The translations under genes were made by a program, and so were the position numbers. From the NCBI GenBank assembly GCA_963726245.1, contig CAVSBT010000039.1, positions 19,840 to 83,839 on the forward strand: 64,000 nucleotides of DNA, written 5' to 3'. The stretch's first letter is position 1, and each line of letters opens with the position of its first letter. The notes beneath the pieces were generated by a model that had not been told where the DNA came from, searched no databases, and saw nothing but the letters and a program-made list of their open reading frames with translations. Of this stretch, positions 31,219 to 41,574 are shown piece after piece. Source of the stretch: an uncultured Chloroflexia bacterium (GTDB taxonomy: Bacteria > Chloroflexota > Dehalococcoidia > DSTF01 > JALHUB01).

Positions 31219-32005
31219 GGTCGGGCAGATACCCTACCTCAACCTGGAGCCCTTCTTCTTCGGCCTGTCCGCCTCGGTCGCCCTTCGACAGGCTCAGGGT
31301 GCGCCGGAAGTGGAGCTTCATCCGCTGCCGCCGCGGGCCATGGGCCAACTAGCCGCCGAGGGCGGCCTCGACGCCGGCGCCTTCTCGCTCATGGACTCCG
31401 TCCGGCTGGAGGACCGCTTCGAGCCCCTGGGCGACTTCTGCCTCGCCTGCGGCGGCGAGGTGCGCAGCGTCCTCTTCTTCGCCCGCCGCCCCATCGAGGA
31501 GCTGGCGGGCGCCACCGTGGCCGTCACCGGCGAGACCGCCACCTCGGTGGTGCTTCTGAAGGTCTTGCTGACGCTTCGCCACGGCCTCAGAGACGTCCGT
31601 TATGTCGACCTGGACGCCGGCGAGGCTGCCGACGGCTGCCTGCTCATCGGCGACGGGGCATTGCGGCGCCGCCACGGCATCGATGGCCTCCCCCACCGCT
31701 ACGACCTGGCCGAGGAGTGGGCTGCCTGGCAGGGCCTGCCCTTCGTCTTCGCCCGCTGGATGGTGCGGGCGGCGGCGGACGTGGAAGAGAAGGCAGCCCT
31801 GCGCGATGCGCTGGCCGAGCGGCTGCGGGCCAACCTCGCCTCCCTCGACGCCATCGGCCGCGTGCGTCGGGACCTGGGCATGACCGTCTCCGAGATCAAG
31901 ACTTACCTGGAGGGGTTCACCTATGAGCTGGGCGAACGGGAGCGCCGAGGGATGGAGACCTTCCTCCGGCTGTCGCGCTCCCTCGCCGCGGAGGGGGGAC
32001 GGCCC
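31211..32005 (+). CDS. mqnA: Chorismate dehydratase (in frame with mqnC in this sequence)
   Basis: VGQIPYLNLEP, VRSVL, TSVVLL, LLIGDGAL, DLAEEW..GLPFVFARW. Confidence 0.88.
31280..31304 (+). repeat. REP-like repeat unit inside mqnA
   Basis: GCCCTTCGACAGGCTCAGGGTGCGC, 24/25 identical to 56567..56591. Confidence 0.8.
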
Positions 32006-33102
32006 ATGCCGCCGGCGGCTAGCACCATGGAGGACATCCGGTCGAAGGTCCGGGCGGGCGGGCGCCTGACGCGGGATGAGGGCCTCGAGCTGCTCCAGCG
32101 GGCCGATCTGCTGGAGTTGGGCGCGCTGGCCCAAGAAGCCCGGTTTCGCCACAACCCGGAACGGGCGGTCACCTTCGTCGTCGACACGAACCTCAACTAC
32201 AGCAACGTCTGCGACGCCCACTGCGCCTTCTGCGCCTTCTACCGCCCCCTCGGCCACGCCGAGGCCTACACCCTAACGCCGGAGGAGGTAGTCGAGACGA
32301 TCGGCCGCGCCGCGGCGGCGGGGGTGAACACCGTCCTCCTCCAGGGCGGCCTCCACCCGGAGCTGCCGCTCGAGTACTACGAAGAACTGGTTCGCCTCAC
32401 CTGTCAGCGCTACCCGCAGGTGCTGCCCCACTTCTTCTCCGCTCCCGAGGTCATGAAGATGAGCGATGTCTCCGGCCTCAGCGTGCACGAGGTGCTGGCT
32501 CGCCTGCGGACCGCCGGCCAGCGCACCCTGCCCGGCGGCGGCGCGGAGATCCTGTCCGACCGCGTGAAGCGCCGGGTCAGCCGCGTCCACCCCAAGAACC
32601 GCACGAGGACTGGCTGGCCGTCCACCGCGAGGCCCACCGCCTCGGCTACCGCACTACGGCCACGATGCTCTACGGCCACGTAGAGGATGACGAGGACATC
32701 GTCGAGCACTTGGAGGTGGTGCGCGCCCTCCAGGACGAGACGGGCGGCTTCACGGCCTTCATCCCCTGGAGCTACAAGCGCGAGAACACCGCCCTGGGCA
32801 AGAAGGTGAAGGAGGAGGCGGGCCCCAACCGCTACCTGCGCATCATTGCCCTATCGCGGCTCTACTTGGACAACGTGCCCCACATCCAGGCGTCGTGGTT
32901 CTCGGAGGGGAAGAAGACGGGGCAGGTGGCGCTCCACTTCGGAGCGGACGACTTCGGCGGCACGCTGTTCGAGGAGAGCGTGATGCTGGCCGCCGGCTTC
33001 TACAACCGCACCACGGTCGAAGAGGTGATGACCCTCATCCGCGAGGCCGGCTTCCAGCCCGCCCAGCGCACCACGCTGTACGAGATAACCCAGCGGTTCT
33101 GA
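32006..33102 (+). CDS. mqnC: Cyclic dehypoxanthinyl futalosine synthase (radical SAM; apparent frameshift near 32605)
   Basis: NLNYSNVCDAHCAFCAFYR, LLQGG, PGGGAEIL; then FTAFIPW, HIQASW, GADDFGG. Confidence 0.9.
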
Positions 33103-33139
33103 GAGCCTGCTGCCCGGCCCGGAGCGGGATAGGCTGGGT

Positions 33140-33997
33140 CTACACGATGTCCAGCGGCGGCACGGCTTCGATGATGCCACGCTGCACCGCCCTCGCGTAG
33201 AGCGACTCCAGGGCGGCGCGACCCTCCTCTCCCAGGTCCAGGGTGTCGTCGTTGACGTACATGCGCACGAAGCGGCGGCCCGTCTCCCTGTCGACGCCCC
33301 GACCGAACCCGAGGGCATAGTCCAGCGCCTCGTCCTCGTGGGCCTGAGCCTCGCGGATGCTGGCCAGGAGGGCGTCGCGCACCCGTTCGGCCACCTGCGG
33401 GCCCAGATCGCGGCGCACGGCGTTCAGGCCGAGGGGAACCGGCAGGCCCGTGGCCCGATCCCAGGCCTCGCCCAGGTCCAGCACCTTGACGAACCCCTCT
33501 CGCTCATACGTGACCTGCCCCTCGTGGATGATGAGGCCGGCGTCCACCTCGCCTGCCGCGACGACCTGGAGGATGCGGTCGAAGGGGGTGAAGACGGGCT
33601 CGAAGCCGGCGGCGAAGAGGCGCAGGAGGAGGTAGGCGGTGGTGTACCGGCCGGGCACGGCCACCCGCCGGCCCGTCAGGTCCGGGTCGATGGCCTTCCG
33701 GGCCACCACCACGGGCCCATACGCCCGCCCGATGGAGGCGCCCACGCGCAGCAGGCGATAGGTTCCGGCCAGCATGGGGTAGGCCGCCGCCGAGATGGCC
33801 GTCACCTCCAGCTCCCCCTTGCGCGCGCGGAGGTTCAGGGACTCGATGTCCTCCATCACGTGCTCAACTCTGTAGCCCGGGACCACAACCCGTCCGCCGG
33901 CGAGCGCCCAGAACATGAAGGCGTCGTCGGCGTCGGGGCTGTGGCCGATGCGCAGGATGGGCCGGCCGGCCGGACTAACCGTGTCGAGTTCGGTCAT
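33140..33997 (-). CDS. mqnD: 1,4-dihydroxy-6-naphthoate synthase
   Basis: GHSPDADDAFMF, DIESLN, TTAYLL, IIHEGQ, MYVN. Confidence 0.93.
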   Translation of the reverse strand: MTELDTVSPAGRPILRIGHSPDADDAFMFWALAGGRVVVPGYRVEHVMEDIESLNLRARKGELEVTAISAAAYPMLAGTYRLLRVGASIGRAYGPVVVARKAIDPDLTGRRVAVPGRYTTAYLLLRLFAAGFEPVFTPFDRILQVVAAGEVDAGLIIHEGQVTYEREGFVKVLDLGEAWDRATGLPVPLGLNAVRRDLGPQVAERVRDALLASIREAQAHEDEALDYALGFGRGVDRETGRRFVRMYVNDDTLDLGEEGRAALESLYARAVQRGIIEAVPPLDIV

Positions 33998-34707
33998 GGT
34001 TTCACCCCCAGGTGCAGGGCGACGGCGCCCAGGGCCAGCAGACGGTATTGCACCTCAACCAGCCCGGCCTCTCGCATCAGGCCGGCGAGCACGTCGGCGG
34101 TCGGGAAGGCGCGCACGGAATCGGGGAGATACGTGTAGGCGGCGCGGTCGCCGGCCACCAGGCCGCCCACCAGCGGCACCACGCCCCGGAAGTAGGTACG
34201 GAAGATCGGCCCGAAAAGCCGCGAGCGCACCGGGGTGAGCTCCAGGACGGCGACCCGCCCGCCGGGCGCCACCACCCGCGCCATCTCCTGCAGCGCCTGT
34301 CCCACGTTGTCCACGTTGCGGAGGCCGAAGCCGGAGGTGGCGCAAAGGAAGGCGCCGTCGGGAAAAGGCAGCCCCAGGGCATCGACCAGTTGCCACTGCA
34401 CACGGCCGCTCAGCCCGGCCGCCTGCGCCTTGCGGGCCGCCAGCGCCAGCATCTCGCGGCTGAAGTCCACCGCCACCACCGTGGAAGCGCCCTGGCGCGC
34501 CAGCTCCAGAGCGAAGTCGCCGGTGCCGCAGCAGACGTCCAGGGCCGGGCCGCCGGCGGGCCGTGCCTGCCTGACAGCCAGTCGACGCCAGGCGTGGTGC
34601 CGGCCGCCAGTCATTAGTGTGTTCATGAAGTCGTAGCGACCGGCGATGCGGCCGAACATGGCCCGCACGAAGGGAGCGCGCGACGGCGCTCGGGCGTCGG
34701 TCTTCAT
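33994..34707 (-). CDS. menG: Demethylmenaquinone methyltransferase
   Basis: MFGRIAGRYDFMN, LDVCCGTGD, FGLRNV, AYTYLPDS. Confidence 0.92.
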   Translation of the reverse strand: MKTDARAPSRAPFVRAMFGRIAGRYDFMNTLMTGGRHHAWRRLAVRQARPAGGPALDVCCGTGDFALELARQGASTVVAVDFSREMLALAARKAQAAGLSGRVQWQLVDALGLPFPDGAFLCATSGFGLRNVDNVGQALQEMARVVAPGGRVAVLELTPVRSRLFGPIFRTYFRGVVPLVGGLVAGDRAAYTYLPDSVRAFPTADVLAGLMREAGLVEVQYRLLALGAVALHLGVKP

Positions 34708-34733
34708 CGGATGAGGCGGGCAGGCCAGTTTGC

Positions 34734-36287
34734 TCAGTCCTTCTTGGCGCGCTCCCGCTCGATGAGCTCACGGCGGAGGATCTTGCCGGCGGCCGACTTG
34801 GGGATCTCCGTCAGGTACTCCACCTCGCGGATCTTCTTGTACGGCGCCACCCTCTCCGCCACGAAGGCCATCAGCTCTTCGGGGCTGGCCTGGAAGCCCT
34901 CCCTGAGCACGACGTAGGCCTTGGGTATCTCGCCGCCCTCCAGGTGGGGCTTGGGGACGACGGCGGCGTCGAGGACGGCCGGGTGTTCGTGGAGAAGGGC
35001 CTCCAGCTCCGCCGGGGCCACCTGGTAGCCCTTGTACTTGATCATCTCCTTCTTGCGCTCGAGGAGGTGCAGGTAGCCGTCCCCGTCCAGGTGGCCGATG
35101 TCTCCGGTGCGCAACCAGCCGTCGGGAGTGAGACACTCGGCGGTCTCCTTGGGGTTGTTCCAGTAGCCCTTCATGACCTGTGGACCCTTGACCATCAGCT
35201 CTCCGACCTCGCCAGCTGGTAGCTCCTCGCCGGTTTCCAAATCCACGATCTTCTCGAACGTGTCGGCCACCGGCGGGCCGGAGGACTCCAGCTTGATGCG
35301 GTCCAGAGGGGTCATGTTGGTGGCGGGGCTGGTCTCGGTCATCCCGTAGCTCTGGACCACCAGGCAGCCGTAGATGGACCTCGCTCGCGCCGCCACCTCG
35401 ACGGGCAGCGGTGCGGCCCCCGAAGCTATCAGCCGGAGAGAGGAGGTGTCGAAGCTGGAGGGGTCGGGAACGTTGGCCATGGCCAGGATGGCGGGGGGAG
35501 CCAGGTAGAGGGTGGTTGTGTGGTGCTTGTCGATCAGGTGCAGCGCCTGCTCCACGTCGAACCGCATCATGACGATATTCGTGAGGCCCAGGGAGATGCC
35601 TGAGCTCAAGAATGCCGTCATCCCGTAGATGTGGAAGAAGGGCAGCACGCTGAGGCCGACGTCGTCCGGCGCTACCTGCCCGGTCGCCTGGGTCTGCTTC
35701 ACGTTGCTGGTGATGTTATGGTGAGTGAGCATGACGCCCTTGGGAAGGCCCGTTGTGCCGCTGGAGTAGGGCAGCACGGCCACGTCCTCGCGGGCGTTGA
35801 TAGCCACCGGCCGGTACTCCTCCGAGACGCCGCCCAGCAGCTCCGGCAGGTTGTCCATGGGCCAGACATGGCGCAGACGGGGCAGATGTTGCCGGGCCGC
35901 CTCCACCGGGGCGGCCATGGGGCTGAAGACGAAGAGGGCGACGGCCTCGGCGTCGTCCAACTGGTGCTCGATCTCACGCTCACGGTAGAGGGGGTTGAGA
36001 GTGCTGACCGTGGCGCCAGCCAGGAGGGCACCGTAGAGGACGGAGGCGTAGTCGACGTGGTTCGGCGAGTAGATGCCTACCTTGTCGCCCTTCTCGATGC
36101 CGTGGTCCTGGAGGAATCGCGCCACCTTCCGGGCGGAGCTCCAGAGCTCGCGGTAGGTGCGCGTGGTGCCATCAGCAGAGATGAGGGCCGGCTTGTCGCC
36201 GAAGCGTTCCGCCGACCGGCGCAGCAGTTCCGGGAGAGGAAACTCCTCATAGGGCGCCTGGCTGGGCCAGTATCCCGAGACAATCAT
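34734..36287 (-). CDS. AMP-forming acyl/aryl-CoA ligase (4-coumarate-CoA ligase-like), copy 1
   Basis: YSSGTTGLPKGV, YGMTE, GWLRTGD, IKYKGYQVAPAELE, GKILRR. Confidence 0.92.
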   Translation of the reverse strand: MIVSGYWPSQAPYEEFPLPELLRRSAERFGDKPALISADGTTRTYRELWSSARKVARFLQDHGIEKGDKVGIYSPNHVDYASVLYGALLAGATVSTLNPLYREREIEHQLDDAEAVALFVFSPMAAPVEAARQHLPRLRHVWPMDNLPELLGGVSEEYRPVAINAREDVAVLPYSSGTTGLPKGVMLTHHNITSNVKQTQATGQVAPDDVGLSVLPFFHIYGMTAFLSSGISLGLTNIVMMRFDVEQALHLIDKHHTTTLYLAPPAILAMANVPDPSSFDTSSLRLIASGAAPLPVEVAARARSIYGCLVVQSYGMTETSPATNMTPLDRIKLESSGPPVADTFEKIVDLETGEELPAGEVGELMVKGPQVMKGYWNNPKETAECLTPDGWLRTGDIGHLDGDGYLHLLERKKEMIKYKGYQVAPAELEALLHEHPAVLDAAVVPKPHLEGGEIPKAYVVLREGFQASPEELMAFVAERVAPYKKIREVEYLTEIPKSAAGKILRRELIERERAKKD

Positions 36288-36425
36288 AACGCACCCCCCG
36301 ACTCGGCTGAGATGATGGCTGAAGCGAGGGTCTGGTGGGCCTCGCACCGGCCACCTCAGTCCTGCCCCGCCGCTGCTTGTCGCGGGTGCGGCCGGTCTTC
36401 GGTGTAGTGCGACCGGCCGGCTCGC

Positions 36426-37985
36426 TCAGTCCTTCTTGGCCTTGGCGCGCTCCCGCTCGATGAGCTCGCGGCGGAGGATCTTGCCAGAGGCCGTCTTGGG
36501 GACCTCCGTGAGGTACTCCACCTCGCGGATCTTCTTATAGGGCGCCACCCTCTCGGCGACGAAGGCCATCAGCTCTTCGGGGCTGGCCTGAAAGCCCTCC
36601 CTCAGCACGACGTAGGCCTTGGGTATCTCGCCGCCCTCCAGGTGGGGCTTGGGGACGACGGCGGCGTCGAGGACGGCCGGGTGTTCGTGGAGGACAGCCT
36701 CAAGCTCGGCCGGGGCCACCTGGTAGCCCTTGTACTTGATGAACTCCTTCTTGCGCTCCAAGAGGTAGAGGTAGCCGTCCTCGTCTATGTGGCCGACATC
36801 GCCGGTAAGCAGCCAGCCGTCCTCGCTGAGGCACTCGCTGGTCTCCTGGGGCCGCTTCCAGTAGCCCTTCATCACTTGCGGCCCCTTCACCACCAGTTCG
36901 CCCACCTCGCCGAGCCCAAGCTCCGCGCCGGATTCCATGCTGACGATCTTCTCGAAGGTATCGGCGAAGGGCGGGCCGCAGGACTCCAGCTTGATGCGGT
37001 CCAGCGGGTTGCTGTTCGTGGTGGGGCTGGCCTCGGTGAGACCGTAGCCCTGCGACACGAGGCAGTTGTACTTCGCCTGCGCTCGCTCCGCCACCTCCGG
37101 CGGCAGGGGCGCCGCCCCGGAGACGATTACCCGCAGCGAGGAGGTATCGTAAAGCGAGGGGTCGGGAACGTTTGCCATGGCCAGGATCGCCGGCGGCACC
37201 AGGTAGAGGTTGGTCATCTTGTACTTGCCCACCAGGTGCATCATCTGCTCGAAGTCGAACCGCATCATGACGACGCCGGTGGTGCCCAGGGCGATGCCCG
37301 TGCTCAAGAGCACCGTCATCCCATAGATGTGGAAGAAGGGCAATACGCATAGGCTCACGGCATCCGACGTCAACTGCTCGACCGCGATGCCCTGCTTGAC
37401 GTTGCTAGTGATGTTGTAGTGAGTGAGCATGACCCCCTTAGGCAGGCCCGTCGTGCCGCTGGAGTAGGGCAGCACAGCCACGTCCTCGCGGGCGTTGATG
37501 GGTACCGGCCGGTACTCCTCCGACACGCCGCCCAGCAGTTCCGACAGGTTTTCCATGGGCCAGACATGACGCAATCGGGGCAGATGCGCACGGGCCGCCT
37601 CCACGGCGGCGCCCAAAGGGCTAAAGATGAAGAGGGCGACAGCCTCGGCGTCGTCCAACTGGTGCGCGATCTCACGCTCGCGATAGAGGGGGTTAAGAGT
37701 GGTCGCCGTGGCCCCAGCCAGCATTATCCCGTAGAGGAGGGAGGCGTAGTCCGCGTGGTTCGGCGAGTAGATGCCTACCTTGTCACCCTTCTGGATGCCG
37801 TTATCCTGGAGGAATCGCGCCACCTTGCGGGTGAGGCTCCACGCGTCTCGGTAGGTGCGGATGGCGCCGTCGTAGCCGATAAGGGCCGGCTTGTCGCCGA
37901 AGCGCTCCGCCGAGCGACGCATGAGCTCCGGGACCGGAATCTCCTCATAAGGGGCCTGGCTTGGCCAGTATCCTGACACAATCAT
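36426..37985 (-). CDS. AMP-forming acyl/aryl-CoA ligase, copy 2 (tandem paralog)
   Basis: Same motifs; the C-terminal region is nearly identical to copy 1. Confidence 0.92.
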   Translation of the reverse strand: MIVSGYWPSQAPYEEIPVPELMRRSAERFGDKPALIGYDGAIRTYRDAWSLTRKVARFLQDNGIQKGDKVGIYSPNHADYASLLYGIMLAGATATTLNPLYREREIAHQLDDAEAVALFIFSPLGAAVEAARAHLPRLRHVWPMENLSELLGGVSEEYRPVPINAREDVAVLPYSSGTTGLPKGVMLTHYNITSNVKQGIAVEQLTSDAVSLCVLPFFHIYGMTVLLSTGIALGTTGVVMMRFDFEQMMHLVGKYKMTNLYLVPPAILAMANVPDPSLYDTSSLRVIVSGAAPLPPEVAERAQAKYNCLVSQGYGLTEASPTTNSNPLDRIKLESCGPPFADTFEKIVSMESGAELGLGEVGELVVKGPQVMKGYWKRPQETSECLSEDGWLLTGDVGHIDEDGYLYLLERKKEFIKYKGYQVAPAELEAVLHEHPAVLDAAVVPKPHLEGGEIPKAYVVLREGFQASPEELMAFVAERVAPYKKIREVEYLTEVPKTASGKILRRELIERERAKAKKD

Positions 37986-39487
37986 AGCGTATTCTCCTCC
38001 ACACTCAGGTAAACGGATGATGTATGGAGCGACTCCTTCGCCTCCGCGTCACCATTTCGCGGATACGAGCGGGCATCCTGCCACTCGATAAGTCGGGAAA
38101 CGGCGTGCAGGGCCCGGTGCACCCCCCAGAAGACGGGCAGCCCGGCCCGAGCACAGCGGTCCTGAAAGGCCAGCACCCTGGCCATGGTCTCGACGGAAGT
38201 GGGCGGCCAGATGACGGCGACCACGGGCTTGCCGGCGACCTTCGCCGCCTCCACCAGGGCCTCGACGCCCTGCGCCACGAACTCCATCGAGTCCCGATCC
38301 CTGCCCGGCGACCAGTCGATGCGGGACTGGATGAGGAGCAGGTGAATGTCCGGCGAGCTGGCAACGATGCGAACCGCCTCCTGAAACTGCTCCCCGGCGC
38401 TGATGCCAACGGTGTCCAGCGGGTTACGCACGCTGGTGCCCGCCACGGGCGTGAACTGCCGTAGCTTCGCCTGCAACTCCTCCGAGAGGGCGGGCACCCT
38501 CAGCCCCTCCCGCTCGGCGGCGTCGGCGGACAGCACGCTGCTTCCGCCGCCGATGCCCATGATGGCGACTCCCCGGCCGGCGGGCCTCTTCAAGAAAGAG
38601 AAGGCAACGGCCATGTCCTCGAGCTCGGCAAGCGTCTGCACGGTCAGCGCCCCGGCCTGACGGCAGGCCGACTCCCACACCGCGGCCGACCCGGCCAGAC
38701 TGCCCGTGTGGGAGTCGGCGGCGCGGCTGCCCGCGCCGGTGACGCCCCCCTTGAGGACGATGGTCGGTTTGGCCGCGGAAGCCGCTGAAAGCGCCTTCAG
38801 AAAACGCCGGCCGTCCTCCACCCCCTCGATATAGGTTGTGATGACCGACGTTTCCGGGTCTAGAGCACAGTACTCCAGAAAGTCGCTCTCGTCTAGGTCG
38901 ACTGCGTTGCCGTAGCTCACGACCTTGCTGAAGCGGATGCCGCGCAAGGAGGAATAGGTGATCATCTCCTCCGCGTTGAGCCCGCTCTGCGAGATGAAAG
39001 CGACGTTGCCGCTCTCCTTCGGCGAGTCGCGGCTGAAGGCGACCTTCGCCGCCGGGCAGTAGAGCCCCATGCAGTTGGGCCCGATGATGCGCACACCCGC
39101 TGCTCGCGCCCGGCGCAGCATCTCCTGCTCCAGAGCGGCGCGCTCCTCGTCGCCGGTCTCGCGGAAACCGGCCGTGAAGAAGTGGACCGAGTGCACGCCT
39201 TTGGCCGCGGCGTGGTCCATCAGCTCCAGGACGCCCGACGCCGGGATGCTCGAGATGACGTGGTCAACCGGCCCCGGCACGTCGAGCAGCGACGGATAGC
39301 AGGGCAGGCCCAGGACCTCCTGCAACCGGGGGTTGATGGCATAGATGGGCCCGGGGAAGCCCATGTGCTGGAGGGCGTGCACGAACATCCGCCCGCCGCC
39401 CCACTCCCGCCCCGTTCCGGAAACCCCTACTACTGCAATAGACCGAGGGTGGAAGATGTAGTCCAGGGGATGAGAAGAACCTGCCAT
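37982..39487 (-). CDS. CoA-binding protein, ADP-forming acyl-CoA synthetase alpha-subunit-like
   Basis: FHPRSIAVVG, IIGPNCMG, ISQSG, phospho-His motif SHTGSLAG, NPLD; no ATP-grasp domain. Confidence 0.85.
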   Translation of the reverse strand: MAGSSHPLDYIFHPRSIAVVGVSGTGREWGGGRMFVHALQHMGFPGPIYAINPRLQEVLGLPCYPSLLDVPGPVDHVISSIPASGVLELMDHAAAKGVHSVHFFTAGFRETGDEERAALEQEMLRRARAAGVRIIGPNCMGLYCPAAKVAFSRDSPKESGNVAFISQSGLNAEEMITYSSLRGIRFSKVVSYGNAVDLDESDFLEYCALDPETSVITTYIEGVEDGRRFLKALSAASAAKPTIVLKGGVTGAGSRAADSHTGSLAGSAAVWESACRQAGALTVQTLAELEDMAVAFSFLKRPAGRGVAIMGIGGGSSVLSADAAEREGLRVPALSEELQAKLRQFTPVAGTSVRNPLDTVGISAGEQFQEAVRIVASSPDIHLLLIQSRIDWSPGRDRDSMEFVAQGVEALVEAAKVAGKPVVAVIWPPTSVETMARVLAFQDRCARAGLPVFWGVHRALHAVSRLIEWQDARSYPRNGDAEAKESLHTSSVYLSVEENTL

Positions 39488-39568
39488 ATTCACAGCCAAT
39501 ATAGCACCACCGACGGTTACAAGGGAGTAGAATCTTTGGGCAAGCCGAACGATACATGGGGAACCAGC

Positions 39569-40504
39569 GTGCCCTACGAGCTCCCACCCATGAGGCCGCC
39601 CAGCGAAGCCCGCTCCCTGCTGATCAGGGTCATGCGCGGCTGCCCCTGGAACTACTGCACCTTCTGCTCGGCCTACAAGGACCTGCCCCGGAAGGCGGCG
39701 ATGCGCTCGGTGGACGAGGTGAAGGGCGACATCGACGAGCTGAAGGCGGCCTGCGACGAGATGCGCCGCCAGGGCTACGTCGTGGAGCCGGAGACCGCCT
39801 TCCTCGCCGACTCCAACGCCATCATCATCAAGACCGCCGACCTGGTCGAGATCATCGCCCACCTGCTCGAAGCCTTCCCTTCGCTGGAGCGGGTGACCTC
39901 CTACGGCCGGGCGAAGACGGTTCTGGCCAAGAGCCCGGAGGAGCTGCGCGAGCTGAGACGGGTTGGCCTGAGCCGCCTTCACCTGGGCCTGGAGAGCGGC
40001 GATGACGCCGTCCTGCAGCGGGTCAAGAAAGGCGCCACCTCCCAGGAGATGATCGCCGCCGGCATCAAGGTCAAGGAGGCCGGCTTCGAGCTCTCCGAGT
40101 ACGTGATGCCGGGCCTGGGCGGCCGGGACGCCTCGGAGCGCCACGTCGAGGGCACCGCCCGCGTCCTCAACGCCATCGACCCCCACTACACCAGGGTCAG
40201 GTCCCTCACCCTCGTCCCCGGCACGCCCCTCTTCGCCGAGTACGAGGCCGGTGAGTTCGAGGCGCTGTCGAGGCTAGAGGTGGCGCGCGAGATCACGGCC
40301 CTGGTCGAGCGCCTGGAGATCAGCGGTCGCCTCTGCTTCGACCACTTCTCCAATCCGCCCTGCCTGCGACAGGACTGGGAAGGCTACAAGCTCCCGGAGG
40401 AGAAAGAGGCGGTCCTCTCCGCCCTTGACGGCGCCCTGGAGCGGTGGTCAGTTCGCCTATCTGTCGGCCAAGGCCTCGGGCCCGCCATCGCCACCCAGCT
40501 CTGA
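39569..40504 (+). CDS. Radical SAM protein
   Basis: RPPSEARS..GCPWNYCTFC, FLADSN, GLESG. Confidence 0.88.
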   Translation: MPYELPPMRPPSEARSLLIRVMRGCPWNYCTFCSAYKDLPRKAAMRSVDEVKGDIDELKAACDEMRRQGYVVEPETAFLADSNAIIIKTADLVEIIAHLLEAFPSLERVTSYGRAKTVLAKSPEELRELRRVGLSRLHLGLESGDDAVLQRVKKGATSQEMIAAGIKVKEAGFELSEYVMPGLGGRDASERHVEGTARVLNAIDPHYTRVRSLTLVPGTPLFAEYEAGEFEALSRLEVAREITALVERLEISGRLCFDHFSNPPCLRQDWEGYKLPEEKEAVLSALDGALERWSVRLSVGQGLGPAIATQL

Positions 40505-41277
40505 TGGTCCCGCCGGACGGCTACGTTCCCTATCGCCGCCTGCGCCGCTGGCAGACGGTGGACCTGAGCCTGCTGGGCGTGCAGGAGGGTTTCTCGGTCC
40601 TCGACGTCGGCTGCGGGGAGGGCTATCTGCTCAGGAAGGCCGCCGGGAGGGCCTCGCTGATCTTCGGCGCGGACCTGGACGGGAACCGCCTCCGGGGGAC
40701 ACGAGACCGCTCCGGCCGGTCGCCTGTCGGGTTCGCGGTCGCCGACGCGCAGCGCCTGCCGTTCGCGGACGCTTCCTTCGACCGCATCATCTGCACCGAG
40801 ACGCTGGAACACGTGGTCGACACGCAACGAGCGCTGCGCGAGCTGGCCCGCGTCCTCAGGCCGGGCGGGCGACTGGCCATCAGCGTGCCCCACTTCCTCT
40901 GCGAGGCGATCCTTCTCCGGCTGATCCGGGGGTATCTGGAGTTCCCGAACGGGCACCGACGCATATTCACACCCCGGACGCTTACCAGGGCGCTGGCGCG
41001 TGCGGGCCTCGAACCGTACGCGACGTATCGGCGGGACTCCCTGGAGGCGGCCTACTGGGTCCTGCTGTCTCTGCTCAGCCGCCCACCCCGGCGCTTCGAC
41101 GCGGCGCTGGCGGCCCTCGAACGGTGGCGGGCCCGGACGCGCGCCGAGCCGTATTCGCGCTTCTATCACGCCGCAGACCAGGTCGGCAACCGCCTCCTGC
41201 CCAAGAGCGTGGTGGTCTACGCCTTCAAGCCCGCCAGCCCAAGCTCGGCAACCTGCGTCGCACCCCTCTCCGAGTAG
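40504..41277 (+). CDS. Class I SAM-dependent methyltransferase
   Basis: VLDVGCGEG, LPFADASFD, ETLEH, LRPGG; TGATG overlap with upstream gene. Confidence 0.88.
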   Translation: MVPPDGYVPYRRLRRWQTVDLSLLGVQEGFSVLDVGCGEGYLLRKAAGRASLIFGADLDGNRLRGTRDRSGRSPVGFAVADAQRLPFADASFDRIICTETLEHVVDTQRALRELARVLRPGGRLAISVPHFLCEAILLRLIRGYLEFPNGHRRIFTPRTLTRALARAGLEPYATYRRDSLEAAYWVLLSLLSRPPRRFDAALAALERWRARTRAEPYSRFYHAADQVGNRLLPKSVVVYAFKPASPSSATCVAPLSE

Positions 41278-41363
41278 GGCTATACTGAAGCCAGCGGCGC
41301 TCCGATGCCGCAATCGGCCATTGGCCCGAAGCCGCATAGACTCCACGACGAAAGGTCGGTTCG

Positions 41364-41570
41364 ATGGCAGACGTTACAATTACGCCTCGCGACAACGGGC
41401 CCTACCTGGTGCGCGGCCCCGTCAAGCTGGTGGACGTCGAGGGGAATGAGTTCGAGGTCCAGGGGGAGGCCATAGCCCTCTGTCGTTGCGGCCACTCCTC
41501 CAACAAGCCCTTCTGCGACGGCACGCACCGAAAGGTGGACTTCCAGGCCGTCAACCGCGCGAAGGCCTAG
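41364..41570 (+). CDS. CDGSH iron-sulfur domain protein
   Basis: NGPY..ALCRCGHSSNKPFCDGTH; TATACT at 41281. Confidence 0.93.
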   Translation: MADVTITPRDNGPYLVRGPVKLVDVEGNEFEVQGEAIALCRCGHSSNKPFCDGTHRKVDFQAVNRAKA

Positions 41571-41574
41571 CAGG

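Noticed and set aside
34734-37985. Retroelement-like template/variable repeat pair or misassembly
   Set aside because: Differences are spread across both genes and are not adenine-specific; no reverse transcriptase; ordinary tandem paralogs
39569-41277. Menaquinone ring-methylating MqnK/MenK
   Set aside because: The radical SAM protein is short and lacks recognisable HemN-like features; proximity alone is insufficient
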